Shown piece by piece: positions 39,712-53,460 of a DNA stretch of 64,000 bases (positions within the stretch are counted from its first letter, which is position 1; every line of letters begins with the position of its first letter). A program made the translations under genes and the position numbers. The notes under the pieces are model-generated. The model made no database searches. It saw only the letters and a list, made by a program, of their open reading frames with translations, and was not told the DNA's origin. This DNA is from the human T2T-CHM13v2.0 reference genome, Homo sapiens, in NCBI RefSeq assembly GCF_009914755.1, contig NC_060931.1; one strand, 5' to 3'.

Positions 39712-42700
39712 GAACCTAAAGAAAGGCCTTATATACGTCACAAAAATTACTCAAAATGGATTTACAGACCTAAATGGAAAGTGCAAAAGTATAAAACTCC
39801 TAGAAGATACCATAAGAAAAAATCTAGATAACCAATGACTTTAGAGATATGACACCAAAATCATGATCCAACAAAGAAAGAACTGATAAGTTGGACTTCA
39901 TCCAAATTAAAAATTTCTTCTCTGCAAGACAGTCTCAAATATGAAAAGACAAGTCACAAGCCAGGAGAAAATATGTTTTCAAGAGATACGTCTGATAAAA
40001 GAGTGTTATCCAAAATAGACAAAGAATTCTTAAACCTGTTAGTCAGAAAACAACCTAATTTAAAAAATGGGCCAAAGACCTAAACAGACAACTCAATAAA
40101 GAGGATATTCAGATAGCAGATAAGCATATGAACAGATTCTCCACCTCTTATATTACCAGGGAAGTGTAAATTAAAACAACAGTAGGATACTACTACACAC
40201 CTATTAGAATAGCTGAAATGCAGAACACTGACAACATCAGATGCTGGTGAGAGTGTGGAGAACCAGGAACTCTCATTCATTGATGGTGGAAATATAAAAT
40301 GGTACAGCCACTTTGGAAGACAGTTTAATGCTTTCTTACAAAACTAAACATATTCTTACCATAGGATCCAGTAATCACACTCTGGTATTTATCTAAAGGA
40401 GTTGAAAACTTATAGAACATGCACATACATGTTTATAGCAGCTTTATTCATAATTGCCCAAATTTGGAAGGAACCAAGATGTCCTTCAATAAGTGAATGA
40501 ATAAGTAAACTGTGTTGTGTAAAGACAATGGAATATTATTCAGTATTAAAAAGAAACGAGCTACCCAGCCATGAAAAGATGTGGAAGAAACATAAATGCA
40601 TATTTCCAGTGAAAGAAGCCAATCTGAAAAGCCTACATACTGTATGATTCCAACTATATATGACATTCTTGAAAAGGTAAAACCATGGAGACAATAAAAA
40701 GATCAGTGGTTTGTAGGAGCTCTGGGAGGAAGAGACAAATAGGTGGAGCATGGAGAACTTTTAGGGAAGTGAAAATACTCTTCCATGATACTGTAATGGT
40801 GGATACATATCATAATACATTTGTCCTAATGTGTAGAATGTACAACACCCAGAGTGAACCTTAATGTATACTATGGACTTTGAGTGATAAAGTGTCAGTG
40901 TAGATTCATCAGTTGTAACAAATGTACCATTCTGGTGGGAGGATATTGATAAAAGGGGATGCTATGCTTGTTGGGACAGAGGGTAAATGACAAATCTCTG
41001 TACCTTCCTCTCAATTTTGATGCAAAGGTAAAAGTGCTCTAAAAGACAACTTTAAAAAATGTTGCCATTATACTCTAGACATGGAGTTTGAGATTGTCCC
41101 TTTCTCTACATTCTTTTCAACATATGTATAGTTGAACTCTTCAAAGTAATGAAATTCTTTATCTTTCGGGTTAGATATGTATTAAAAATTTTAGCACATA
41201 TGTCTATAATCACTAGCGAGATGGGGAAACTTCATATTTCTGGACATTTGAAGTTCTTATTTTGAGAATTGCCTATTTACATACTTTGCTGTTCCCTGAT
41301 AGTTGTCTTTTTTTAAATTAACATAAATATTTGTATGCTTGGGATAGTAACAAATAGTCATGGTGAATATTTCCTCCCATATGTGTTAAGTTTGGTCTGT
41401 TAAATATGTGGCATATATATTCTCCCAATATGTTATATGTTTAGTTAACGTTTATTATGTTGAGATAATAAGACTACTGTTTTTCAGTCTCTAGTATATT
41501 TGACAGTAGTCAAATCTGCTAGTCCTTTCATTTGTGATGCTTGCCTTTCATGTCTCACTTAGGCTATGCACAGGTATATATGTAGATGGAGAGGCATACT
41601 TGCATTCATTTTAAAACACGTAAGAACGTTTACTGTACTTAAGAGACAGAAGGCATTAGGCCAGATGATACAAGGACAATTATCATATAGGATGGATATA
41701 GCATTTGAAATTAGAGAACACGCAGTATAGGCCAGTGCCAGAATGGTGAATTCTGTGGTTGAGGCAAATCACAGTTTACGTAATCTGCATAGATCGTAGT
41801 AGTAATCCATTCTCTAATGCCATTGGCAATGGCATTGGATGCATGTATTGAAGGTATAGTGTTGAGGGAAAGTCACCCCATATTATTCTTACTCAAATTC
41901 GGGGCTGGAGTGGAAAGTTTCTGCCATTATTACCACTTAGCAATGGGCATAAAATATAATCAGCCTATATAATAAACTGGAAACTTATAAACTGAAATTT
42001 TAATATATAAAGTCCATGTGCATATTAAAATAAGAATGAGTGAAAGAGCGATGAGTATAACAAAAGTATAATGTTGTCATTAAGTCAAGAACAAGAGAAT
42101 TAAGGCTGACAGCCTATGCCACTGTGTCTGTGGCATGTGTAGGCTGAGGATACTGTGACCACTGATGTGACCATTTGGTCCACTGTCCATATCTCTAATT
42201 ACTGGAGTTGGGATATCACTGCTGCCAGTTAGTCACTACCAATTTCCTTTTCTCTGAATTTATATTCATCACGCAGCCCTTCAGTTCATAATTTAGTTTC
42301 CCAAGCAGACTGCCTTACTGAGAAGGCAATGATCAAGTGAACCAGTGTCATTATTCTGATTAGCTTGGCAGGTATGTATCTCTTTGCGAATTATTCAGTT
42401 CTTTAGTAAATGAGGTGATGTTTTATATCATCCCCCCACTCCATCATTCCCCTAACAACTGGTTCATATGGTAAGGGAAAGTTTATAAGCTAATACTGTA
42501 CATGCAATGGCCTGCATGGCCTAGTATGTGCTGCCATTATCCAAATACCCCCACCACAAATGATTCTGTCCTTGTGCTTGCAAACATTGAATAACTTTTC
42601 TTTTCCTTACTTTAACCCAGTGATATCTACTGACCTATACACAACATTCCATGTAACACACATGTGCTGGCAATTATTGTGACAGAAAGTAGAGAGCAGG

Positions 42701-42900
42701 GAGAAGGGTCACAAAGGATGGAGGGGGTGAAGCATTTCACATTTTATCAAGATATGAAAACTGGCACCTAGATTTTTATGCACTGGAAATAATTATTGGT
42801 CTCATGTAATTGGGTGTGAAGAAACTAGTGACTGGCAGAGAGGAATGGGAACAATCTTGAAGGTTGAAGAAGGGAGGTAATATTTACAGAGGACAGAAAT

Positions 42901-43300
42901 TTCATTGATTCAACAAAACTATTTTTTTTGAGCACTTTCTATCTGCCAGGCGTTGCTTTAGGCATTTAGGATACATCAGTGAACAATAAAAACCCAATTT
43001 CCTCTCCTCTTAGGACTTAATTCTAGAAAGAAGAGTCAGACCAATCAACAGCAGACAGACCAGATGAGTAAATTACACAGTATTTTAGGAGGGGATACAT
43101 ACTACGGAAAAAGAAAGGGTAGATCAAGGTAAGTGGGATTGGAGATGTGAAGTGGGAGTGGGTGGGTTGAGATTTTTTAAATAGGTTGGTGATGAGGAAG
43201 AGGGATCACTGAGGAATGAAGTTGGAGTGAAGACTCGAAGGAGGTGAGGGAACAAGCCATGTTAATATCTGGTGACAGAACACTCCAGGCAGAGGGAGTC
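42901..43300 (-). mobile_element. L2a 3' end
   Basis: ttcattgattcaacaaa...tgagcactttctatctgccaggc...atacatcagtgaacaa...ctccaggcagaggg. Confidence 0.8.
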
Positions 43301-43884
43301 ATCAGGATGAGACCCTCCACATAGCTGAGATTTTGAAAGTTTCCTGTGTTTAGACAAAATGAAAATAAACAAAAACCAGTGTCCTGAAAAGATCTCAAAG
43401 CCTTCCTATGCTAGCCAAAAAGGTAAAGGTGTGTATAGGTACACACTTATCCATGCAGGTAAGGGGGGTTATTCCGAGAGTTTTAGATCACATGCAGAGA
43501 TTAAAAAGAGCAAGCTTATTTGGTGACGGAGTGAGAAGGAGCACCTAACAGTCATGTACTTGCAAGGAAAGAAGACGGGGGAAAGAAGGGGCCTCTTGAT
43601 AGACTTCTTAATTAGAAATTCGGCTCTTATCTCATGGGAAGTGAAACCCACTTCAGTCCAAAATGGTCTGCCAAGAAGATCCTGCTGGGAAATATTTTGA
43701 TGGATTGCAAGAAGGGAAGCTTGAGGCAGCCACAAGAAAGATGTTATAATCATCCCAGCTGAGATGACCAAAGCTGAAGTAGGATCATACATACATACAT
43801 ACAGATGAAGATATGATGACAGAGTATGCCAAGGGTCACTCATCATACTGTGTTATTTTGCAATGAGATAAGACTTTGGCAGGA

Positions 43885-44095
43885 AACTGTGTAGAATGAC
43901 AAAATTCCTAGACCACGCTTGCTCTGCCACATATTTCTGTGATTTCTGGCTACAAAATCAGCTGGGGGCTCAGTTTTCTCATCTGTAGAATTGGGGAATA
44001 ACACCTGCTTGATCTAGTTCATAGAACTTTTGTGAGAATCAGATGATGAAACAGCAGAAACTGTTGGGTAGGTAATTAAATGCTATACAAACAGG
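43885..44095 (+). mobile_element. MIR SINE
   Basis: gctctgccac...ctcagttttctcatctgtagaattggggaataacacc...tgtgagaatcagatga. Confidence 0.7.
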
Positions 44096-44379
44096 AGACA
44101 TTCTCAAAGCTTTTATTCTCACCAAATAGCTGATATAACACTTGACTTCTTTATTTTCAGTTCACACCTGAAAATAATCTGCATTTTCAAGACCAAAGTA
44201 ACCTCAATCCTGGTGGGTTACTCTCTAGTCTCTTCCTCCTTCTCCTTGGTCCCCCAGTAAGGCTGGAAGGGCCAACAGGTAGGGAGAAGTTTCGGAAGAA
44301 AATCTAGCACCGTGGTATAGGTTAAGAGGCAGCATAGGAAGAAAAGCCATCCTCTACCTCTATTTCTTTTGGAACAGAA

Positions 44380-45980
44380 ATAAAAGGGTATGGTGTCTGT
44401 GTTCCAGCATCTGCTCCCAGGTTTTGATTTTTCTGTGACTCAGGAGAAGACAGAGGCTAGTAGGCTGGCCTCCCCGATGCCCAGGCTCTCCCCTTCTGGG
44501 TTCTTATCGGAGAGAGTCTGGCCCACTGATCCCAGCTTGCAAAAGCAAGCAAGAAAAGGCTTGCTTTTCTCCTCCATGGCTGATTGTCCTGAGAGCCCCG
44601 TAATTCTCAAGGTCAGACCTTCCCATGCAATGCCGAAGCTGACAAATCTAATCTCTCAGGCAAACAAAACAGGTTATTTTGCTGCAAAACCTCACAAAAA
44701 AAAGGGGACGGACATTCCCCTTGGCTTGAAATTTTAAACTATTTTGAGTCCAAGCTCACAGAGCATCTCTATGATTTTCTTCGAGGGGGCCTGAGGGCGA
44801 AAAAGGAGGGCCTGCAATCTCTTATTGAATATCCCCATTTCCAGCCTCAGTCAGACCACTCAGAACACACTCTCTCCAGCTTTTATCAGCTTAAACCCGG
44901 AGCAGACATGTGGTGTGTGAAAGGATGTAGGTTGTTATTCAGTGCCTCTGGCATATCGTGTTAAGATGAAAAACACAAGTTTGCTACTTAAAGGGGAACT
45001 GTCAGTCCAAGGTCATCATTCCCCAGCAGGCCATGGTACAAGCCACACCACAAATACCCATTCTGGGTGTGGGACAAGCGTCTGGTTAGTTTCTCCATTT
45101 GAGAGAAGCACAGAGAACAGCATTTCCTCCAAACACCAGATCAATCATTTAGGGGCAATTCATCTTTTACTAAAATGATCTCAAGTTCACGACTAATAAG
45201 ACCACAGCTGCCTTTTTTATGGCTGAGTTACCCACACACAACTCGGCACGGTATTTTCGGTCAGGTCACAACTGCGTAATGGGGCCTCAAACTTGGCAGT
45301 TTCATGTTCTTCTGTCTTTTCCTTTCCCAACCCACACTGAATTACACGCTGACCAAAGCTCCCCTGGAGTCACATGGAATGAGAATTTGGCTCCAAATAT
45401 CCAAATTTGCAGCCCAAAATGGAGGCGTCCCTGGGCCGACTAAGTTTTTCCATTTCACTGCCTGGGGTTTGCCATTCTCTGTGCAGAATTCAGGCTGCAT
45501 TTTCCTGTTGATGATCCAGGTTATGCAAATGTAGATAGGAGAGTCACAACAAATGTGTCCAGATGGCCCTTACACTATAGAGTTACCCCAAATTCAAGAA
45601 CAAAATGAGACAAAATTATTTACAGCATGAAATTGAACTGTAAGGAGTACAGAGGGAAACAGATCTTAGAGAAAGAGAAGAAAAAAAGTAAATAAAATTT
45701 TGTCTTTGTTTCCCCTCTTTTCAAAATCAATTTTGCCAAATTGTTAATTACCCTCGAAAGGATATTAAGGGCAGTCAGGAGGAAGTCAATGTTAGTATTT
45801 TGGATATCCTGGCATACATCACGTGTAGTTCCTGGGACATCCAAGATGACACAGACTGACATGTTGCTTCAGGCACATGCTCTATGTTACCATTATATTT
45901 GCGTAACTGATCCATTCCGGGCATATATAGCCCTGACCTCTGGGTGCTGAGGAATTAAAATATCAGTCACAGGGCTCAAA
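44380..45980. promoter_or_regulatory. Candidate enhancer (repeat-poor, motif-dense)
   Basis: TGACTCA 44436, kB-like GGACATTCCCC 44710, TTTTATGG 45215, GGTCAGGTCA 45259, CACGTG 45820, TTGCGTAAC 45899; 8 CpG in 45190-45440. Confidence 0.35.
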
Positions 45981-46250
45981 CTGTTGTCCTTATGTAGATG
46001 AATGTTAGCTTCTCCTATTTGGCAGTTTGTGTCCTAAACTTTTAGTTTGCTCTAACAATGATTGCCCAAGTCAACTAGTAGGCACTGTTCTGAGGACCAG
46101 GTCATTGAGATTTACTGCTTTGCATTTTTGCCTTCATAGTTCTACATTGCACGATTAGCACTCCACCATGGGACTACTGCCATGCCAGGTCCATATGCAG
46201 AGCTCAGCACAGTGCTTTGTGAGAAAAAAAAAAAAAAAAGATGTTGTTGG

Positions 46251-46567
<317 letters not shown>

Positions 46568-47954
46568 GAGAGATGTTGTTTAAATGATACTGAGGTGCTG
46601 ATACCATTCTTCTTGGATCCCATTTTATCATGAATCTATCCTCTATGTTGCCAATAGGCTGCTTCTGCTTAACAATCTGTGAAGATGAACTGTGGCTCAG
46701 CTTTGTGTTATTTGCCTAAGGATGCCTTCATTCAAATCTTTGACAAAATAATGAACACGAAGACACAGAGGGCAGAGCTATGTGATGTTTCACTACAGAT
46801 GTTCTTCTAATTTTCACCTAAACTTATAAATCCAGTCTCTCTCTATATATTTTTGCTTGCAAGAATCTCAACCAAACTTAGTTTGACATAAACTTATTGA
46901 GATCTAGAAACTGGAATAAATGAGGAAAACATTGTTCCAACTTTCAAAGGACTTCCAGTCTGACGAGAGTATATATGGTGTATCTGATGGAGGCAGTGGT
47001 TGGGGATCAGGGAAGTTGGTAGGGAAGAGGAGTAAGAGGCGGGGCTTAGATTACTATATAAATAGTCACAGTTCAAAGCATAAAAAATTTTACCTGAGGA
47101 GTGCAAAATGCCCCAGGGTTCAAAAGAGGGAAAGATCACATTTTACTAAGGAAGTTCAGGGCAGTGTCGTAAATCAGCATATTTCTTGGTTCCCCACATC
47201 ACTCTGATCATCGTTCTCCTCTCTTTACAGCTTTTGTTGCGGTTCAGACCATTAGCTTATTCAACATTTCCCTTTCCTGACCACAGCCACCCACCAACTC
47301 CTGGATACTCTTCCACCTTCAGCACCTGCCCAGTCTTCTCCCTATCTTTTCTACCAGCTATCATCCTCAAAAACTATTGAATGTTGTTGACATTCAAATA
47401 TGCTGGCTCCTTCATTATCAACTCCAAACTCAACTACCCTCTGATGTAGTCAAAACTTAGCCTCCATCACCCCTTGAAATTGTTCCACCCCAATGACACA
47501 AACTTAAACATTTCTCCTATTATTTCTCTTATCAGATGATGCATCTCACCCCTTTCATTTCTCACTTACGTTTAACAAACTTTGTTTTGTTTGTTGCTTT
47601 CATTGTGATCTTCATTTTTTCCCTTGGACGTTCACAATATGCTTCACCTCTGTCCCCTTTTGGGTTTGTTGTCCTCTTCTTCCCTAACCTGGAGTTTCTG
47701 GTTAGCCTATTAAACAGGGCACTTCTTATGTAGACTTTTTGGACATGCTGCCATGCTCTGTCTCTGTCAATCTTCAACTGCCTCGCTTTTGTGAGGGTTT
47801 TCTGGCTACACTTCCAATCCTTCTACTCATCTCTTGTAGATGCCCTGAAGCATTTCTACATCCGCCATTTCATACCTTTATTTCTCTCCTCCGAATTCTC
47901 AACATCACCCCTAGGACAGGACCTCTTCTCTTAATTCACTGAAAAGATATAGAC

Positions 47955-48162
47955 CAAAGCTGCTCAATAGAACTCCTGCGATGATGTCAGTGTTTTATAT
48001 TTGCATTATGCAATATGGTAGCCAGTAGGCATGTACAGCTATTGCACACTAAAATTGTAGCTAGTAAGACTGAGGTACTGGATGTTTTATTTTATTTTAT
48101 TTTAATTAACTTAAATTTAAATAGCAACGTATAGCTAATAGCTACTCTATTCCATGCCACAG
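47955..48162 (+). mobile_element. MER3 MITE
   Basis: caatagaactcctgcgatgatg...caatatggtagccagtaggcatg...ctgaggtactggatgttttattt. Confidence 0.85.
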
Positions 48163-48170
48163 GTATAAAT

Positions 48171-48700
48171 CAGTGCTGTCCAATAAAAATATAATTATTT
48201 CATATATCATTTCAAATTTTCTAGTAAGTACATTAAAAAAGTAAAAATGAACAGGAATTATTTTTATATGATTAATAACATTACTTTTATTTAATTAATA
48301 TATTTAACCCATTATATTAAAAAATTATTATTTCATTATGTAGTCAACATAAAAATTATTGATGAGATGTTTTACAATCTTATTTCATGCTAGATTTTCA
48401 ACATCTTGAATATATTTTATGCTTCTAGAACATCTCAATTCAGATGCTAGATTTTCATGGGAATTATTTGATCTGTATTTAAATATCATAAAACTTACAG
48501 TTGAAAACACAGATTTATACCAAGTTGTTCGAAGCATACTTAAAAGTTTTCATTAACTGAATGAAATATCAGTTTTTCCATATCCATTTCAATTAATTAA
48601 ACTTAATTAAATTAAAAATATATGTCCTCAATCAGATTAGCCACATTTCAATTGCTCAACAGCCACAGACTGCTGGTGGCTGCCATATTGAACAGTGCAC
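48171..48700 (+). mobile_element. MER33/Charlie5-derived element
   Basis: cagtgctgtccaataaaaatataa...catctcaattcaga...tagccacatttcaattgctcaacagccac...ccatattgaacagtgcac. Confidence 0.8.
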
Positions 48701-48929
48701 TACGGGTGGCTGATTCTTCTCCAGCCTCAAGTCTCTGAATGTCTTGACCCTGGCCCTTCCTTTGCAAGTTTGTCTAAGGAAAACACATCTTCCTTAACCA
48801 CTCTCATCCCCACTGCTCCTTTAAACCTTCTCTGCGTGCCAATCTCAGGCTCTTATATAAACAATTACCCCTCCCTTTTCTTATTCTCATCATTGATCTT
48901 GTCTAGTCCTGACTCCTTTTTTTTTTTTT

Positions 48930-49040
48930 GGTTAGAAATGTAATTCTGGGCCCTGCACCAGACCTAAAGAATTGGAAACTCTGTGGGTGGGACCCAGCTG
49001 TCTGTGTTTTAACAAACCCTCCAAGTGATCCTGAGGCATT
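48930..49040 (-). mobile_element. MER5A fragment
   Basis: gttagaaatgtaattctgggccc...tctgtgttttaacaaaccctccaagtgatc. Confidence 0.75.
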
Positions 49041-49313
49041 TGCGAGTGCACGTGCAGATTCACAAAAACTAATAAAAGTGGTTACTTCTGTATAGAGTGG
49101 AGGCCGGGTACAACTCGGATAGAGAGAAGACTGGAAGTGAGTTCTTTTACATTGTTGTGATTTTGAACCATCTGAATGTTCAACTCAGATTTTTAAGAAG
49201 AAGGAGGATATTTAGAATATACTGATGGCCTCTTCTCACCTCTTTTTCATTTGATGTTTGGTAGGGCTTGGACCTTAGTAAAATTAAAAAGGTCTCCAAG
49301 TGATCCTATAAAG

Positions 49314-49623
49314 CAGGGGTCTCCACCCCTGGCCCCAGGCTGGAATTGGGCTGCATAACAGGAGGTCAGCAGCAGGCAAGCCAGAATTACTGCCTGAGCT
49401 CTACCTCCTGTCAGATCAGAGGCGCGTTAACTCCTCATAGGAACGCCAACCCTATTGTGAACTACACTTGCAAGGGATCTAGGTTGTGCGCTTCTTATGA
49501 GAATTTAACTAATGCCTGATGATCTGAGGTGGAACAGTTTCATCCCGAAACCATCCCTCAGTCCATGGAAACATGGTCTTCCAGAAAACTGGTCCCTGGT
49601 GCCAAAAAGGTTGGGGACCACTG
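49314..49623 (+). mobile_element. MER1B (hAT-Charlie)
   Basis: caggggtctccacccc...ggtccctggtgccaaaaaggttggggaccactg; TSD ctataaag / ctgtaaag. Confidence 0.92.
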
Positions 49624-49629
49624 CTGTAA

Positions 49630-49780
49630 AGTGCACAATGCAATGTATTCTAGTATATTCACAGGGTTGCACAACCATGACCTCAATTCATTTTAAAATC
49701 TTTTTATCACCCCCAAAAGAAACCTCATACCTATTAGCAGTCATTCCCATGACCTCAAACCAACCCCTGTCAAACTTTAT
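49630..49780 (-). mobile_element. L1MB 3' end fragment
   Basis: tagtatattcacagggttgcacaaccat...tttttatcacccccaaaagaaacctcatacctattagcagtca. Confidence 0.75.
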
Positions 49781-51804
49781 TATTTTTAAACAATATTTCT
49801 TTACTAGCAATGTAGAAAATAATATCACTCACCATTATATATTTAGGTGAAGTGTATTTTTCAGACATTGATATGACTTTTGACAGTGATAAAACAGTTC
49901 TCTGGGCACAGGTACCTCCTTAGGCCTAAAGCATTTATTTTTTTTTTTCATTTTCAAAACCATAGAGTATGCAAAGTTTCTGCAAACAATAGACAAAGTT
50001 GCTTTTGACTTGGAGGTGAAATGAGTCCTCAATATAAAGAGAAAATGGTCTCTTCTTATTCCCAACTACCAGTACAAGATTCCCAGTTTACACGGGGGAG
50101 AGGAAGGCATAGAAACAAGTCAGGAAGTGCTCAATGAAGACCACCACCCAAACTAAACCAGAAAGAAAAAGAAGGGTCCTGGCAGCTTCCTTTGACTCAG
50201 ACCAGGCTGAGTATCCTAGGAAAAGGCAGGGAAAGCCACCAGGACAAACAAAAGACTTCCTTGGAGGCAACTTTCCAAACAGTGCCTTCCTTGATCTCTT
50301 GGGGCCAGAGGATGATAAAATGGTTTGTGGGCTCTGGCTGGTGCCACAGTGATGAGAAGCTGCACATGACTCCCCCAAGCCCTCCCCTCTCCTTTCTCCT
50401 TTCAGAGGGTGGCTTTGTTCTTCCCAGCCCCTGGGGCTTGTGTTCTGTGGGAGGTTAGGACAGTTTTTTGTTATCAAGCAGACATATTAGTTTCAATGAC
50501 AGTCGTCCTCCTCCTCCTTAAAAAAAAAAGTTATTGCTCATGATTTTGTCCCTTACTCTAAAAATGTAAGCTTTAAAAGGAAAGGAAGAAGACGTGGGTA
50601 AAAGAAAGGCAAGAATATACCAACAGGGAAGTAAAATGATGACCCATAAACCATCCCTCAACCAGTGCCACAGAGTTCTCTTCCAAAACTCTGTGAACAT
50701 AAAGAAACGTATTTCCTCGTATGTGCACCAAGAAAGTTAACTCAGGTTGGTACATAAAGAGCCCTGAGATGAAAGATATATAATGCATACCTTGAAGGGG
50801 AAGAGAGGGAAGGGAAACATGCAATGAAGTGAAATGAGAAAGGAGGATGGCGGAGGGAAAGGGAAAAAAATCCCTAGCTAATAACGTGTTCTTGCCTTCC
50901 TTCCTAACACAATGACACGTGACTTAATGAAGCCAGTGAGTTCTGAGACTGATGTAAAAGTTCCAAAAAAAATATTCTGCGGCAAAGGCCCCTGGGTAAA
51001 CGGTGTCACTTCTAATTTCTCTGGTTCCCATGATTTAGAGCAGACCCAGGATCTGAAATTCACACCAGCTTTTTGTGTACCAGGGTGCGGGTAGCGAGGG
51101 CCCAGGCTTGGGGAACAGGGACATGGGCTTCCTATGTGATTTTACCACTGCAGCCCTGCTTTGTCTCACATTTAAAATAATTTGCCAGGTAAAAATAAAC
51201 TTCTCAGAATCACAGAGTGAGAAATGTACTTAACAATTCAATCCCTGTAAGTTTGGGATTGACAGAGAAAGTGCAGCCAAGGCTAATTAAATTACCCAAC
51301 GTGTATTTGAATGGTGGTTTCACTAGCAAGTTTATTAATTCACATCGTTATCATTGTTATTATTGCCACAACTGGTAAATTATGCTTTTCATGAGATAAC
51401 AAAATATGCAGACTGTTAGCTCTCAGTTATACCCTGCTTAGCTGTTGGTTTCTCTCCTGAGTGCCATTCTTAGAAAGCAAACCTCATTTGTTCTAAATTC
51501 CACATCCCCAGATGGCATGTTCTGAGTTCTTTTTTGTTGTTGTTGTTACTCTTTGGAAATAATTAAAATCTACAAAGGGTTTTTGTTTTCCTTCTGCTTT
51601 TGCCAGTAATTCTCACAATAGGAATATGTATGGTTCATGATATCAGCTCCTTGCAGGATGATGTTTCTGTATTTTGCTGATTTGTAAAACTCGTATTCCC
51701 AGGTTCAAATCCAGTGGACTCAGAACTGCTTTTTAATCTCTCAGGGACAATTTATGGTATATGTATAGAAGTTTTGTGCAGTCAGATTGGCTTCATGTTA
51801 TTAA

Positions 51805-52147
<343 letters not shown>

Positions 52148-52304
52148 CTGCCCAATAATTCTGGACAAATTTGAGAAGACTGAAATGAGCAAAACTTAGT
52201 TGTAAGATACATCAGACAGGCATGCCATCTTGATTCAAAAACAACCTACAAAATTTGTGCAAGACACTTTCTAAATCTGGGATAAAACAATTTTGACATC
52301 TAGG

Positions 52305-52461
52305 CTTGCTACTTTAGGTGTGGTCCCTAGACTAGCAGCATTCATATCACCTGGGAGCTTGTTAGAAATGCAGAATCTCAGACCCATTCCAGACCTACTG
52401 ATTCAGAATCTGCAGTCATCAAGCTCTCCATGTGATGCACATACATATTAAAGTGCTAGAG
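52305..52461 (-). mobile_element. MER5A1 MITE
   Basis: cttgctactttaggtgtggtccc...atcacctgggagcttgttagaaatgcagaatctcag...agacctactgattcagaatctgca. Confidence 0.85.
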
Positions 52462-53397
52462 TATGGAAGAGAGAGATGTCTTCTCATCCTATACCCACCA
52501 GCAGCATACTACCACCGTGGCTTTCTGCACCAAACATTGAAATATATACCATTTGATAACCTTAGATATTGTATTCTAAAATATATTCCCGTACCTAATA
52601 AATTTAATGCAATTTACCCAAAATATATTTCAAAAACTTAAGCAACACAAATGAAACATCTATTGCCAATACAGTCTATCCTGCAACTCATTTTGGTTTG
52701 GAAGAAAGAATAAAGTGTATTGGATGGTGATTAGGTAACTGACCTCATCCCTTATGATACAAAATCACTTTTTTACTCCATGTCCCAGGGTTTGGCTAAC
52801 ATTGCATAATGGGAAAAGTTTTCAGGATATAGCAGCTTGTAGACATTCCTTCCCTCCTCCCAATCTTTTTAGAAGACAAAAGAAAAAAGAAAGGATAAAA
52901 GATTGTATAACCTAATTTCTTAAATTAAAAATGTTAATTTATAAAGTAAACAAAACGCTAATTTGAAATCCACTTTTTTCCCTACCATGAAGGCCTCCTT
53001 GAATTTCATACCATATCAAAAGTAGCTTATTTAGGAACTACTTCCACTAATAACACCATTGTGTATTTATTTGCTGGATCATAGTTACAAAGTACTTTTG
53101 CATATTGTAATAGCATTTCTCTTCTAATTTTCATCTCAAACTAAAAATCAGTTATCTCTTCCTCATAAAAATATTCATGTAAAATAATTTGGTATTTCAA
53201 TTATCATAAGTATGGCAAAAATTTTTGCATTAGGAATAAAATGTATGTCACTCATACAACTGCAGCTCTTGATAAAAAAAAAATTGTAGTTCTTGAAGAA
53301 GGGTTCTCACTTAGAATTATTTGGAGTACAGAAAAGTCTCATTTCTAAAAAAGACCATCACTTTACAGAAATAGTTGTCCAAGTGTTTTACACTCAC

Positions 53398-53460
53398 CTC
53401 AGCAATCGTTGGGGAGATACAAATAAAATGTTTTTCATGTATAGTAACTGTGATCCTCCT
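53398..53460 (-). other. Candidate 63-nt exon
   Basis: gtgtgtgtttgtttttag|AGGAGG...TGCTGAG|gtgagt; consensus-quality donor; splice-motif evidence only. Confidence 0.3.

Larger units (their letters stand above)
38040..41059 (+). mobile_element. L1MC1/2-type ORF2 3' half plus 3'UTR, interrupted by an L1PA
   Basis: RT-region tcacagatgacatgattgtc; 3'UTR ccagagtgaaccttaatgtatactatggactttg...tcagttgtaacaaatgtacc. Confidence 0.88.
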
